Assembly: GCF_000150275.1 (NCBI RefSeq)
Contig: NW_002060948.1
Coordinates: forward strand, 682,001-746,000
Direction of reading: 5' to 3'
Length of the DNA: 64,000 nt
Origin: Trichoplax adhaerens
Lineage: Eukaryota; Animalia; Placozoa
Below are positions 45,501 to 58,239 of this stretch, piece by piece. Below the pieces are notes generated by a model. It made no database searches, had not been told where the DNA came from, and saw nothing but the letters and a program-made list of their open reading frames with translations. The position numbers and the translations under genes are program-made. Within the stretch, counting starts at the first letter, position 1. Each line of letters begins with the position of its first letter.

Positions 45501-47003
45501 CCGTCTAATGCTTCCTTGATGACCTGATAGAATTTATTAGCTTCGTCCTGACTGGCAAAATTAAAACCGAAAAATTGACGTTGATCACGCCATTGATGGA
45601 ACGAAGCTGCCGCTTGAGTATATTTAAGCTTATGATGTAAGCAAGCATTGATTGTTACCTAAGAATCAGCAGCAATTAATGAGTAAATTAATATTGTAAT
45701 TTACCCTATTGATCAAGTATACATTATAGGCTGTAGTAAATACTGTATAAATCACTTTGCTATCACAATATAATGGAAAATTTCAATGCCATCGATAGTA
45801 CAGGGATAATCTAACTATAAATTTTTAAAAAATTTTATTCGTAGCTGATTATAATGCCAATTATAATTAATTAGGAATACTACTTATCAAAATACTTGCA
45901 TTGTAATAAGGCTGAATGTAAGATTTGCTCCCTAGATTTACTATAATATCAACTAATAACCTTTCTATTCTACTTTTAAAAATAACGTACACATTATACT
46001 ACTTCTACAAGCTCAAGTAAAAGGTGAGGAGACACTATGTTAGACAAAGATTATTGTTTTATCTTAAGTTGAAAGATCATACTCCTGAATCGTTCTGTCT
46101 TCTACCCACGACACGATACATGTTTGTTTGCGCATTATGTAAAACGTATAATTTTGATACTCCATCTTTACCATCGACAGGAACCCAAGTCTTTTGAGAA
46201 TAATCGTAGGACATTACAACGGCTTGCGCCTTATATAGAGATTGTTCGCCGTGAGCGCTAGAAAGACATACAAGTACATACGTAGTGGATCAGTTATTGA
46301 TGAGGAAGAAATTTTTATAATCATCCAATTTTTCAGTGTCATCGTATGATTATACAGAAATACTATTACAAAATAGGATAAAAAATTCGGAAAGCAAAAA
46401 GGATCAGATACAAAATATAGCAATATTATGATATACCATCATCATAAAGCTCCCATTTTTATGACTTTTGCAAACATTAGCATAAGTCATACTGTAAACA
46501 CTATACGGGACTCCATCATTTCTTTAGAATAATAAACAAATGCCTTATTTAATCCACGTAAGGTATAAAAATGTAGGATCGATTCTTGACTAGTCTATAA
46601 CTTTATTAGCTGCATATTACATTACGATTCCATTAGAATTTCAGAACAATTATAACAGTCGAGATTGTAGCAACAATAGAGATTAGCAAGATGATGCCTT
46701 AATATCGCGTTATTGTTCTGCCATCTGGTTAATAACAGCGATGAGTTTATACGCGTCCACTCTGGTAATACCGTAATTCATCTATTGAAATAATAGCAGA
46801 AGGGTGTCGTTATCAGCTAAATCCAAAAGGTTGATCGCTGTTGTAAACTTTTTAAAATGTCTTCTCTTGGCAACGAATGATTTCTTGTAGATTAAAGTGG
46901 CGGCTATACGACAGTTTAAAATTGAATTTTTATATTTGTGCACTATATGGACGTTGGATATGTAAATTATAATTATAGTAGCTAGCTTTGGTACTTTACT
47001 CAT
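42558..47003 (-). CDS. Ena/VASP family actin regulator (EVH1, polyproline, EVH2); first coding exon at 47003 or 49259
   Basis: EVH1 exons (AVVMSYDYSQKTWVP...YRVVGR; FHQWRDQRQFFGFNFAS), PAPPP repeats, GAB-like GLLSGLSSVKLRSV, FAB-like SIMSEMHRKLAER and a C-terminal coiled coil. Stop at 42558. Confidence 0.92.
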
Positions 47004-47529
47004 CGTACGTGCCAAGGTAAATGTACTTTCCAGTAGACTATGAAAAGTTATTTAGTGTGTAGTCCATTAAAAGTCGATTGTTATTGAGCTTGAAAGCCGC
47101 GGGTATATCATTTACTACAAAACAAACTTCCTGACAATAGAGTTTATCGTATTGATCAAAGGAAAAAGTAATCTTGAGATTTACCCAAGTTGTGTCGTCT
47201 TGGAGATACGTCGATAACGCTAGCTTAAAGCTATTTCCATTGCAAATGGTACCGCCAAGGTAGAGAATGCTACCATTGTGTACAGTAGACGTATTTTGGA
47301 AGGTTTCTATGCAGGTTTAACTGGATGCTTTGATACATGACTCAACAAGTTCAATCAGTAATGCACGTTGCCTTATTTCGAACTCGAGGGAATCGATAAA
47401 TGAATTAATTAATTTGCGATCTGAATGAACTCAAAGCAAAAACGAATGGGGGATTCACTAGCCTTAATACGATAATTACATGAAAGATTATCGATTACTA
47501 GCTTGGAAAATCTCCTAGCTAGAATGAGT

Positions 47530-48330
47530 GATATTAACACTACTCCAAGAATTCGTATTATCGATTTATAGTGATGGCTAACGATAAAATCGTTGACGAC
47601 ATTTCAAAGTGCGTGGACAATCTGGCGTCAATTCAACAAGTTAACATTTGTGTAGGGACATGCAAGGCAACGTATTGCAATAGGCTTGTGTATGAAGATG
47701 GGTGTAAGCATGGCACAGTATATACTGGCGTGTTAATGCTATTTGGAGGATCATTGCATTGTACAAGTATAATGAAAGCAGCGAAATGCGATCCATTTTC
47801 ATACAGTATTGCATTTCAAGTTGGCTCTAATTACACCATTGGAGACGTTCAACTTACCTCATTGCAAGTTAGGATGTTCAAAATGGAATATAAGCTGTAA
47901 AAATATGAGAAACTATTCCAACGTTGACGAATGCTTGCTATGAAGAATCGCCGATCTTGATATGTTGAAGATTGGTGTCCAAGCTACGTTTCCAACGCGG
48001 TCAATAAAAAGCACTACAAGCTAATTTTAATATTGGACAAAATAGTCAAAAACTTGATTGCTGGTACTAGGTAATGCAGTAAAGTAGAGGCAGAGTAGTG
48101 GTGAAGTGGATAGAATTGCAAACTATCTTTAAGACTGTGAGGAATGATTTCAAGTGTGGTGTTGCTTATAAATACAGTAATATTAATAATTGCTGGTAGA
48201 CGTTCTACGTTGACAAATGTCAGTTGATTTGAAAACTACCATCTAATGATAGGATTGATTCCTTTAGAAATACTACTGCTGACAGTAAATTACTCTTCAA
48301 GCCAAAGACGCTAAGCAGTACTGGAGTCAG
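47530..48330 (+). pseudogene. Possible heavily decayed P-element/THAP9-like transposase fragment
   Basis: The ORF at 47571 and broken downstream frames give loose echoes of P-transposase segments (LASIQQVNICVG, C..LV...C, VQLTSL, LILILDKI, FKCGVAY). Many stops; weak. Confidence 0.25.
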
Positions 48331-48460
48331 GTCGAAATAATTCCCTAGACGGTAATATTGACTAACGTCAGCTTGATAGTAATTTCAATATTTGCCCAAA
48401 AGTTTTGCCTTCCAATTTCTACTTTCCTACCATGTAAATAGGACTTGTATGATGGAAGTG

Positions 48461-48860
48461 CAACGTACGGTACACTGAGTCTAGTGCTGTACGTATCCGT
48501 TTCGCCACGGGACTTTCATCGGACGTACAGTACAGCAGGACATCGATCTATTTTGTATACTGTACACTCTACGGTGTACAGTACTGTCAATGTTAGTAAG
48601 GGTTGTGCAGTACTGTACGCATCCGTTTCGCCACGGGACTTTCATCGGACGTACAGTACAGCAGGACATCGATCTATTTTGTATACTGTACACTCTACGG
48701 TATACAGTACTGTACGCATCCGTTTCGCCACGGGATTTTCATCGGACGTACAGTACAGCAGGACATCGATCTATTTTGTATACTGTACACTCTACGGTAT
48801 ACAGTACTGTACGCATCCGTTTCGCCACGGGATTTTCATCGGACGTACAGTACAGCAGGA
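48461..48860 (-). ncRNA. Candidate degenerate type-I hammerhead ribozyme motifs, one per repeat unit
   Basis: Minus strand reads CCGAUGA-AA-GUC(CCGU)GGC-GAAA-CGG...CCGUA, with flanking UGUACUGUAC/GUACAGUAUA pairing. The core is non-canonical and activity is unproven. Confidence 0.35.
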
Positions 48861-48940
48861 CATCGATCTATTTTGTATACTGTACACTCTACGGTGTACA
48901 GTACTGTCAATGTTAGTAAGGGTTGTGCAGTACTGTATGC
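48461..48940. repeat. Tandem array: 4 x 97-bp unit, with a 29-bp extension after copies 1 and 4
   Basis: GTACG(T/C)ATCCGTTTCGCCACGGGA starts at 48489, 48615, 48712 and 48809 (periods 126, 97, 97). Confidence 0.97.
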
Positions 48941-49487
48941 GGTATCGTACTGACTGGAGCATTCCTAGCCAAAAATGAGCTATTTTTCTATACTTGTAGT
49001 CTATCAAACTTGAGCTTGATTAACCGTGAAGAAGTTCCACGGTAAAGCAGGATATGCCGGCGACGACTCAATAATTGCGGAATGATCAAGTAGTCCATGA
49101 AACATGATTGAGTTAATGGTACAGTATCTCTATGCCAAGTAGATGGATCTTTTTTTTCAGACAAAACGAGTACTGTAGTAAGTAGTAGCTACTGAGTTGC
49201 TTCTACAGAGTACAGTACTATACTGTACTTCGCGTGCTAACTGAAGTCTTTTTACTCATCGTTCGTGACAATTTTGCCCAACTGTCCAAGGACAGCACGA
49301 CAGTCAACACCGGTGTCCTTAATAAAAAATCAACCCGAAACACGATTTGAACCCGACTAGAGGGAGGCTTTCAGGTTCAATAATTCTGTGCTGATACAGT
49401 GTTTGTATAGCGATTGCACTCATTTCGGGTTGCGTTTTTACCCCATGGAGGGGCAAAAAAATTGGGCAAGATTTGCCCTCAACAGTA

Positions 49488-49870
49488 ACAGCATTGTAAT
49501 ACAGTACAGTACTTCAATCTCTCTCTTTTTACAGTACAGTGTACAGTGTACAGTAGTGTACAGTACTGTACTCACTGTACTGTATGGGTTTGTATGTGCA
49601 TGGCATGAGCATTGAGCAAGCGTATTGGCTTGTCGTGACCTATTTGATGGATTTCGTGACCATCTGCAGTTTCTACATTCTCAATCTCTTGACATTGTAC
49701 TGTAGGTCGTCTATTGTTGTACAGTACTGTACACTTAAACCCGTACAGTACTGTACTGTACTGTACAGTGCAGTAAACGATGATCTTTTTGTATGGTACT
49801 GTACTGTACTGTACTGTACAGTAGTTTCTACTTTCAGTTACAGTGCTGTGTCTTGTAGCTGTAGAGTATT
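49488..49870. repeat. Dense (TACAG/CTGTA)n low-complexity tract between divergent Ena/VASP and DnaJB-like genes
   Basis: Runs such as gtactgtactgtactgtactgtacag at ~49745-49820. Confidence 0.8.
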
Positions 49871-50463
49871 TAGTACTGTAACTGACTTCTGGTTTTAGAA
49901 GGATCTCGAAGGATTGTGTACAGTATGTTACGATAGTCTTATTGGCATTTTTAGAAATTGATTACACAGTATTCATACATACTGTATAATTATTGATATT
50001 GATTATTATTATTTAAAAGCGTTATCACGAGTTCGCGACCCAAGGACAAGTTCTTCCCTGGAAAACATTCTGCAAAAGTAGTATGCAATGGTGATCGTGC
50101 CTTTTTCCATATAATGATTGTAGCAGTAGTACAGTAATTGATTATTGCCCTTCAATCCGGTCAATAATCAACCGTGCAAGAAAAAAATCGAACGATCGTA
50201 TTGATTTGATTTGGCGCCTAGTACACTTCCAAAAAAAAATCAATTTTTTCCTGTCTACTACAGTACAACGTGTGCCAGCAGGAACAAGTCTTTGGCTTTA
50301 ACTACTTGTACTTGTCTTACTCAACTCCACCGAAAGTTGGTACAGTACGCTGACTAATTACTATTCTTGAATTTCAAAGAATTGACTCGTGGCTGACGAA
50401 AAATCGCTTCCTTGGACTGAAATACTTTCTTGACCCCTTTATACTGTATACCTATAGAGATAC

Positions 50464-53316
50464 ATGATGGATGACTTGTACAAATTTCTACAATTACAAC
50501 CCAATGATAGCAGTTTTAAAGATGTTACCGAGAATCATAACTCTGGTATAATATCAAGGAAAGAAGATTTATTGAAAGAGGATATTGCAACTTTCTATGA
50601 CGGTAAGATTGATTTATTTGTGGTTCCGTAATATCGACTTGGTTGCCTTGACCAATAGTTTTGTTCAATTATCACCAAATCAACCGAACACTTCTCTCAA
50701 GTTAAAATATCATTGCATACGACCCGGAATGTACAGTACAGTATGCTACAGATACCTTTTGAAGTATCATTTCAACTGGAAGATTAATCAATCAATTGAT
50801 TACTTTAAACTGATCCAAACACTATAACATAGTAGTATTAGTACAACGATTCATATTTTCCGCCGATTGACTTTGCAGTACTGTATCAACACTGATCTTC
50901 CTGGCATTTATTATCACCATTTATAGATTCGTTATTCTGTATAGCAATGCATTTAGACAAAGTCATTGATAGAAGTGTAAAAGTCCTATGCAAACTGTAG
51001 CAATTGGATATTACTGTTGATATGCAGTGTACAAAAATTTTAAAACTGTACTTTCTGACTTTAAATATTGCTAAAAAAAATTGGCCGATTCTACCATGAT
51101 TAGTAGCTCTTCTGTTGTCATAACACAATACAGTACAGTACACGTTTGGTCATGCAGGCCACCCTCCTTAAATCAGCTCCCCTATCGCCTTTCCTGCCTG
51201 AGCTATACTATATAGTGTTCATGTAGGACTTTAGAAAGATATGGCTAGTATAGTCATACGGCTACCTTTTCGATTTTATTTTATGTTGGCCGTAAAATCA
51301 AAGGTGTACAGTACATAGTCTTGTACTGTACAGTAGGAGCATCCGGTACGGTACGGTACGCCTTCGGCAATAACGACAAATGACGACCTATCAACTCGAC
51401 CGGGAACTTGTAAAAAGCCCCTGATCCGAACATACTTACAGGGATTGCAGCTAAAAATAGTAAATCTAATCTTAATATTCACCTCTCAAATTCTAAATGT
51501 AGTAGTTCCAATTGGTAGTTCTTACTGGTACTTTCGATAGGGATTCATTTACTGTTAATTGACAGACTACTGTACAGTGCAGTACAGCAATATTAATTTA
51601 TTAATTCAAGTACGAGAAAGCCGCGGTAAAGTGCTAAAGTACGTACAGTAGTGGTAGGAAAGGCTTCACTACTTTCACCACGAACGTCTTCGATTTTAGG
51701 CTATATACAGTCCCTCACTAATTCACTATATTCTTTATGACTGCCTAACGCAGTGTTACATGATACTACAGGAGCAGGAAATAAAAGATTTCCGGTTCGA
51801 TTTCCTTCTTGCTCATAACTACAAACTCATTTACTGTACTGTACAGTACAGTAAGTGATTTTATAGGCTAAATGTCGAGGAATCTCTGGAACGTTTTGTA
51901 AACTATCGTAAAATAATATCATGAGACCCCAACTCCTGATATACTGGAATAGCGTCGGCATCCCAAATTCGTAATTAATTTAATTTAATTAATGTGTTGC
52001 AGTGCAAATTTCAAGACTTAAGCGACGATACAACAAATACAGCATCAGCAGTTAGTACTTTGTATAGACTTTAAATTACTTGTACGTATGCTATTACTGA
52101 AGTACTAGGATACATTCGATGGGGCCCAACTTTAACGTCATATTAACAAATACTTAGCGTTTATAAAGCCTAAATACACGCTCGTTTATTACAAGAATCG
52201 ATCACACGGTCTTGGTCTAGAATTGTTTTACCATTTGATGGGTAATATTCATATCTTAATATCATACAAATTTAGAATTGTTGGATGCCTTGAAAGCTAG
52301 TCATGAATTTGAAAAGAGCTTGAGGTGTAAGCGAAAATATATGGATTACTTTTTGGATAATACCGGAAGCAATTTTTGCCCTGGAAAAGATGATCCAATC
52401 TTCTATGATATGTTGGTAACTTTAGAAGAGGTTTATTCGGGATGCCTAAAAGTAGCTAAAATTAAACGCAATGTAAGAAAGTCACTGGCTAAAATTTCTA
52501 TAAATTTTTTTCATCGATTTTTGTATTCTCGAAAAATTAACCATCATATTTTTACTAGATCTTTGATTTTACTGGTTGTAAACAATGTACGACGGATAAA
52601 AAATTAGAAATTACTGTTAAGTCGGGTGCTCCGCCTGGAACTCAATTTCGATTTGTAAATTTAGGAGATCAACATCACAACCGTATTCCTGGTACGCGTC
52701 GTGTGCTTATATTTTATAAATTACTAGCTTATAAATTTTGATCAAGAAAAATATTTTTATGTTTATTAGCCGATATCGTGTTTACGTTAAAAGAAAAGCC
52801 TCATGATAGATTTGTCCGCGTTAATTCCGATTTGCATTACGTTGCTTCAATCGACCTAAAAACTGTAAGATTTTACACAGTTTACGTCTAGTAATGTTTA
52901 TTGCTTTTGCCATGTAGGTTAATTACTTTAGTAATATGAACTAAAAATCAATTTTAAATTTAGAAGCTCATTCAAATTCACCAATAAATATAATTATATT
53001 TATAGGCCGTCACAGGAGGAAGCATAGCAATCAAATCGATTGATGGAAAAGACCTACAAATTAAGTTAACAAATATTATTGAGTAAGTTTCGAGACTTAG
53101 CTGTTTTGTTATTAACCTTAGATTATATCAGTAACGCATCTTCTTGATTATAGGCCAAAATCTGTGATCGTCGTTCCAAATCAGGGCATGATAAGGTGTG
53201 ATGATAAAAAGCGAGGAGATCTTGTTATTCGATTTGATGTTACGTTTCCGCTGATGGTAGATCCAATAAGCCGTATGATTATAAATGAAGCGTTAGATGA
53301 TGACAATAAATCATAA
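50464..53316 (+). CDS. Class II Hsp40 (DNAJB1/4/13-like) C-terminal domains with a degenerate J domain, about 6 exons
   Basis: KDDPIFYDMLVTLEEVYSGCLK, LEITVKSG..PGT.F.F...GDQ....PADIVFTLKEKPHDRFVR and RGDLVIRFDVTFP. Putative exon 1 MMDDLYKFLQLQP (50464-50602) splices in phase to ~52276. Confidence 0.8.
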
Positions 53317-54580
53317 ACGACTTTGTTATTGCGTTGGGTGTTCTATAAAGATGTACCTCATTTACGATAATATCATTTTAACCTTAAATTTTAATAATTT
53401 ATTCGCGATTTTATGTTTATTGAATTTTTAATGAAAAATATATACTATAAATTTTAAAATTCTTTTATTATGTATTAAAGTAGCAGGACCCACATGATTG
53501 CATATCTATATATATTCGGAGTGGGTACAACATGTCATTGAAACTGACACTGAAAATTATATTGTACTTTAATTTTATACAAATACTATCAATATATCAC
53601 ACAGTTAACATATTCGTACTGTAATCTATAGATGCAACGTTTAAGATACTCTTAAGTATACTAGTTTCCCACGTATTTTCATGTGTTGTTCCAAGATACG
53701 GTATATACGCGTATATATAAAATATATTTATGCATTCGTATTTATGAGAGTTCTAAGTGGCAGGCATGATGAAGTATGAACATCATTTACGATGCTTTGA
53801 AGGGTTCTAGGTTGCATAATTTCATTCATTCAACGATAGACATTGTTAATATTTAGCTAATTCTGGCGTTGTAGGTTAGCCTAGATACGTATTGTTTAAA
53901 CTTGTTTTATTCTGAAAGGTTACATTAAACAAAGTGATTATCATAGTTAGATTTACTACATGCTCTACTTGATAGTTTAGCAAGTTAATGACCAGTTATG
54001 ATTTTTATTATAATAAGTCTAAGTCGAAAGCTATTAATCGTCGTTCAATGTGTTTTTGGTTATCTAAATGTATACGTTCATTTATACTACAATATTATAT
54101 CTGTACAGTAGTCGTGGCATTGATTTTGCTACCAAGTAATTTCTTGTTCTAACTCCTTATAAAGAGCAATAATTTGCTATTTCAGGACATTTTAGTTAAA
54201 TGAATAAAAAATTATAAATGCTCCGCAATTTTTGTCGTAAAACTTTCGCACTTTTAAAACGGGAATACCCGTACTTGCATACAGAGAACTTATCAGTATA
54301 TAAAGCCTTATTCCGACACTGATATCATCACAAAATTTGAATATTTCCCATTTATTTCCATTACAGTAATTGAGTCTTTCGAAAATTTTTAAATCGCAAA
54401 TCTAATAAAAGAAGATCACTTGAAGTAGAATACAAAGCTATACAAAAAAATTCAATAAATTAAGATAATACAAACTAATCGTAATTGATGCATATCAATA
54501 TGCTATTGAAACGTAAATTCAGGAATTTATTGTAACTGTTATGGTATCATTCTTAGTAATTATTTTGGGATCATGTAACG

Positions 54581-56781
54581 CTACTTTTGTTGGGGTGTTT
54601 GCCTTCGCAGAATTTCCGAGTATAGTAACAGTCTATATTTCTCAAATTTCTTAATTATATTATCTGTTCTGTATATGAAAAGCCGATATAACATATTTTC
54701 CCAATCATTCAATTCTTCTAGGTCGCACGAATTCCACTAGCAAAATCACAATAAAAATAAGCTTTAGAGTTAGAAAGCTATAGTCAGGAGAGATTACTCA
54801 ACATAGAGTAGTAATAATACGGAAGCTCACATTTAAAGCTTTGTCATCTGATTGATCGAAATATTCTTTTACCGATTCTGCGACATCTACATCATAACAT
54901 TACAAATTCATATTTATTTTTTATGTAAGGCAATCTTTCTTTAATTGCAAATTTCTTTTTCTGAGTAAATAACTGACCTGGATAGGTATTCCGCCAAGGT
55001 GGCATTGAAGTTAAGTTAGGCAATTTTTGTTGGTGATATGCTCTAACGGATTTATTTTCAATTCCATTCAAAGTAACACCAGTGAATTCCCTTTCTTTTG
55101 CAAATTTTTCGCTTTGGCAATGTCGAATATCGCCTAATCGTCGCGAGGCGGAAGATGTTTCGAATAATTCATATGCAGTCAAGGTCCTTTGTCGAATATT
55201 ATGTTTTCTACAATTAAGAGAAAAGCTGTAGTCATGTAGTTTCAATAAATATGTAAGATTATGATATAGAATCGAAGCTGCTTTTATTATACTCGGATAA
55301 AGACAGGATCTTGATATAAAGCAGATAAGCTATAAGCTTATAAGTACTCGTACATAATAAGTAAGCATAGCTGACAGTGGCTTAAATGTACTATGATAAT
55401 TGATACCCTTTCACTGCTTCTTCATACAATAATATCTGGATGCTAAAAGATACTGACTTCTGGATACTTTACGCATATTCTCATACAAAGTGGAACTTAC
55501 GCTTCTAGATTACTACGGTAATTTGAAGAAATAGGTAAGGGACTACTTCTTTTCCTGTATATTTCTTGATTATTTATTTCTCCAGTAAATCGCACTGTTT
55601 TAAGAATTATACAATACAAAGTAGTCAATAATAATAGTAATATAAGACATAATTACATCTGCTATATTAAGAAAAGCTCGCTAACAATATCTAGTATAAC
55701 AGAATAAGCAGTGATAAATGAAGTACAAGTATACAAATTTGCAATACTAATTAGTTTAGTCATGTTAACCTTGTTCTAAGGGATGATTCCAGTGCGTTGT
55801 CCTGGTATATTCGCTATAAAAACAATATGCATTTAGTACGCTTGAATTGTATATTATGAGAAAAAAAAATGTAATAGGGATACAATAATTTGAATTAGCA
55901 TCAATTCTTTAAGATAAATCCTAACAAGCTGCTGGCTCTCTTCATTATCCATCCAGCTGATTGAGAATAATTGTCATATACTGAAGCATCACCTATAGTG
56001 TTAGGTAAGTTAAATTTAATAAAATGTTTGTGATATATTTATTTTATTAATTATAAACACGGTAAGTTCCATTATTTCATATCCTGTAATCAAGACTCTC
56101 AATATACATTAGCATGCATCGGTTGAAGATTCAATTATATACTTGCCACAAAGAAATCGGTTTTTGTTTTCGTGATGGAAACGCAATTTATTTCGATAAC
56201 CTAGCAAATCAGAGTATTTTCTATGGAGATTTTTGCTATCTGGATCTCTGCAACATGAAGCGTTATACAGTATATTTACGATAGTTTAAATAAGACATCG
56301 CGTTACTTGTGTGTTACTGTTGAGTGTTAACATGTTAAAACCTATCGTGCTTTCAAGGAGTGCATAGCTCATACTACCTGTACACGGTTCACTAGTACAT
56401 GTACACTATATTATATACAGTACTTGTAGGCAATTATCAGCATGCATTCATGGTAATACCAGTAATGCATTTCTACCCATGGCTTGGTACATACATACCT
56501 ATCAATTTCACTTAACCATCTAGATTCTTGAAAGCTTTTACTAGATCGTATCAAATCCTCAGGTCGTTCGATTTTTACCACTGACATTTTGCGTTGGCGA
56601 GAGCCATATAATGGGGTCTTGGCGTCTAATTAATTAAGCAAGAATTCTACATCCATTACTACATCATGTACTGCAAATTGTGCTGTACAGTAAGGTGGTG
56701 GAGTAAGTAAACATTCATTATAATATACTGTAGCTAGTAATTTAATGACGGTTAATTACCTAGATTGTAGATTAAGTTCAT
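54581..56781 (-). CDS. SAV1: Divergent Salvador homolog (degenerate WW + SARAH domain), about 9 exons; start tentative
   Basis: Spliced translation has SAGWIMKRASS|FEYTRTTHWNHPLEQ (cf. TTHWSHPLE) and C-terminal DVAESVKEYF..DKALN|WNSCDLEELNDWENMLYRLFIYRTDNIIKKFEKYRLLLYSEILRRQ (cf. LKWELFQLADLDTYQGMLKLLFMKELEQIVKMYEAYRQALLTELENRK). Confidence 0.8.
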
Positions 56782-58239
56782 GCTTAAACATGTTAACTGA
56801 AGGGGGTCATTTACTGCATTACATTTGTCGAGTCTCATAAGATATTTTTATAAAAAAAGTGGATTAAGAGGGAATTACGTTATGTAACAACCCGATTTAC
56901 AGTTATTAACTCTAGCGTACAGTATCATTGCATCGTACGAAAAAGGAGGTAAAACAAGTGGAGGATGTGTTCGGTTTTTATAATAACGTATAGCGAGCGA
57001 ATGGCGTATTTCGACGCATTTTGGAACATGCTTAGGTTACGTATCCATCAATAGAATATTGTGCAATACAGTAGTATAATTTTGGGCTAAAATTAATTCA
57101 TTAATTTAAAAGCCTAATGATTTTCATTTACTGTGGATTGTAGTGCATGAGAATATTAATGTTATAATTTATAAATTGTCATGTCCAATACAGAAAAAGG
57201 TTAAAACTTGATCAATTGTAACTTTACGTCGTTGTAAAGGTATTAACTTACTGTAATATCATTAATATTAACACACCTTTTTCCATTTTCGGGCAAGGGT
57301 CAGTTTAGCAACTTTTGTCGATTAACAGTTAGCATGATCAATTGAACGATCGAACTGCATACAAAACATCCATTGAATTCAATCACGAAAAAGCTCATGA
57401 CATTGGTACATTCTTGATTCTTGATGACAAAGTGACAACTACGATAGGCTGAAGGAGCGGTATCAATTACACCACACTGGTTACGGTTTTTGCTTTTTTA
57501 ACCTTTTATCAACTGCATTTGCCTGATCAATAGCAATGATTGGAAAACTACGACAATGTAATGGTAACATATTATAAATTCCACAAATAACTGTGAAGTT
57601 ATAAATACAGTAGTTGGATGCCCCTTGTAAATAAATTAATCAATAAATTGGACAACAAAAGAAAGAACAATTCAGACATGGACATACATCGCGACATACG
57701 CATCCGGCAGGTGCAGTACTGTATTGGATCAAAAATCTTTCTCATAAATAAATGTGAATCACACCATTAACTACTCATGTAGTCGACGATCACGCAAACT
57801 ACTGTACTGTACAATACCTGTATTTTTAATTAAGGTTCTCGTAGGACAGTACTACTGTACTTTTGTAAATACTGCACAGTATTAGAGTAGCTATAATTTA
57901 TCGATCTTCATTTGAGGATATAGTCAGTACAACTGTGCAAGGAATGCTGTATACTGTGCTATCATGATTGCGAAGTATTGAATTACTGCATTAAGGAATT
58001 TCCATCATTGTCCATGAATTACTGTATTATGATCATGGTATCGCGCCTGATACAGTGGGTCTGTATTATTAACATTTCAGAATGAAAAGTGGTTGTAATT
58101 GCGAAAAAAAGAAACATTATTATCGTTGTAACCAATTGAATGCATAAAAGTTATTCAATTTTCAAAATAAAAATGGTTATGATTTTGTCAACATAAGCAT
58201 CCAACGACCTGGCTACTCGATCGTTCTCATTGGTAGTAA

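Noticed and set aside
48445-49007. Five overlapping ORFs on both strands
   Set aside because: By-products of a stop-poor tandem repeat. The 97-bp period rotates frames and there is no protein-like signal.
55876-55883. GTATCCCT as a U12-type donor in the Salvador WW intron
   Set aside because: Imperfect consensus, and its use would shift the frame and lose TTHWNHP.
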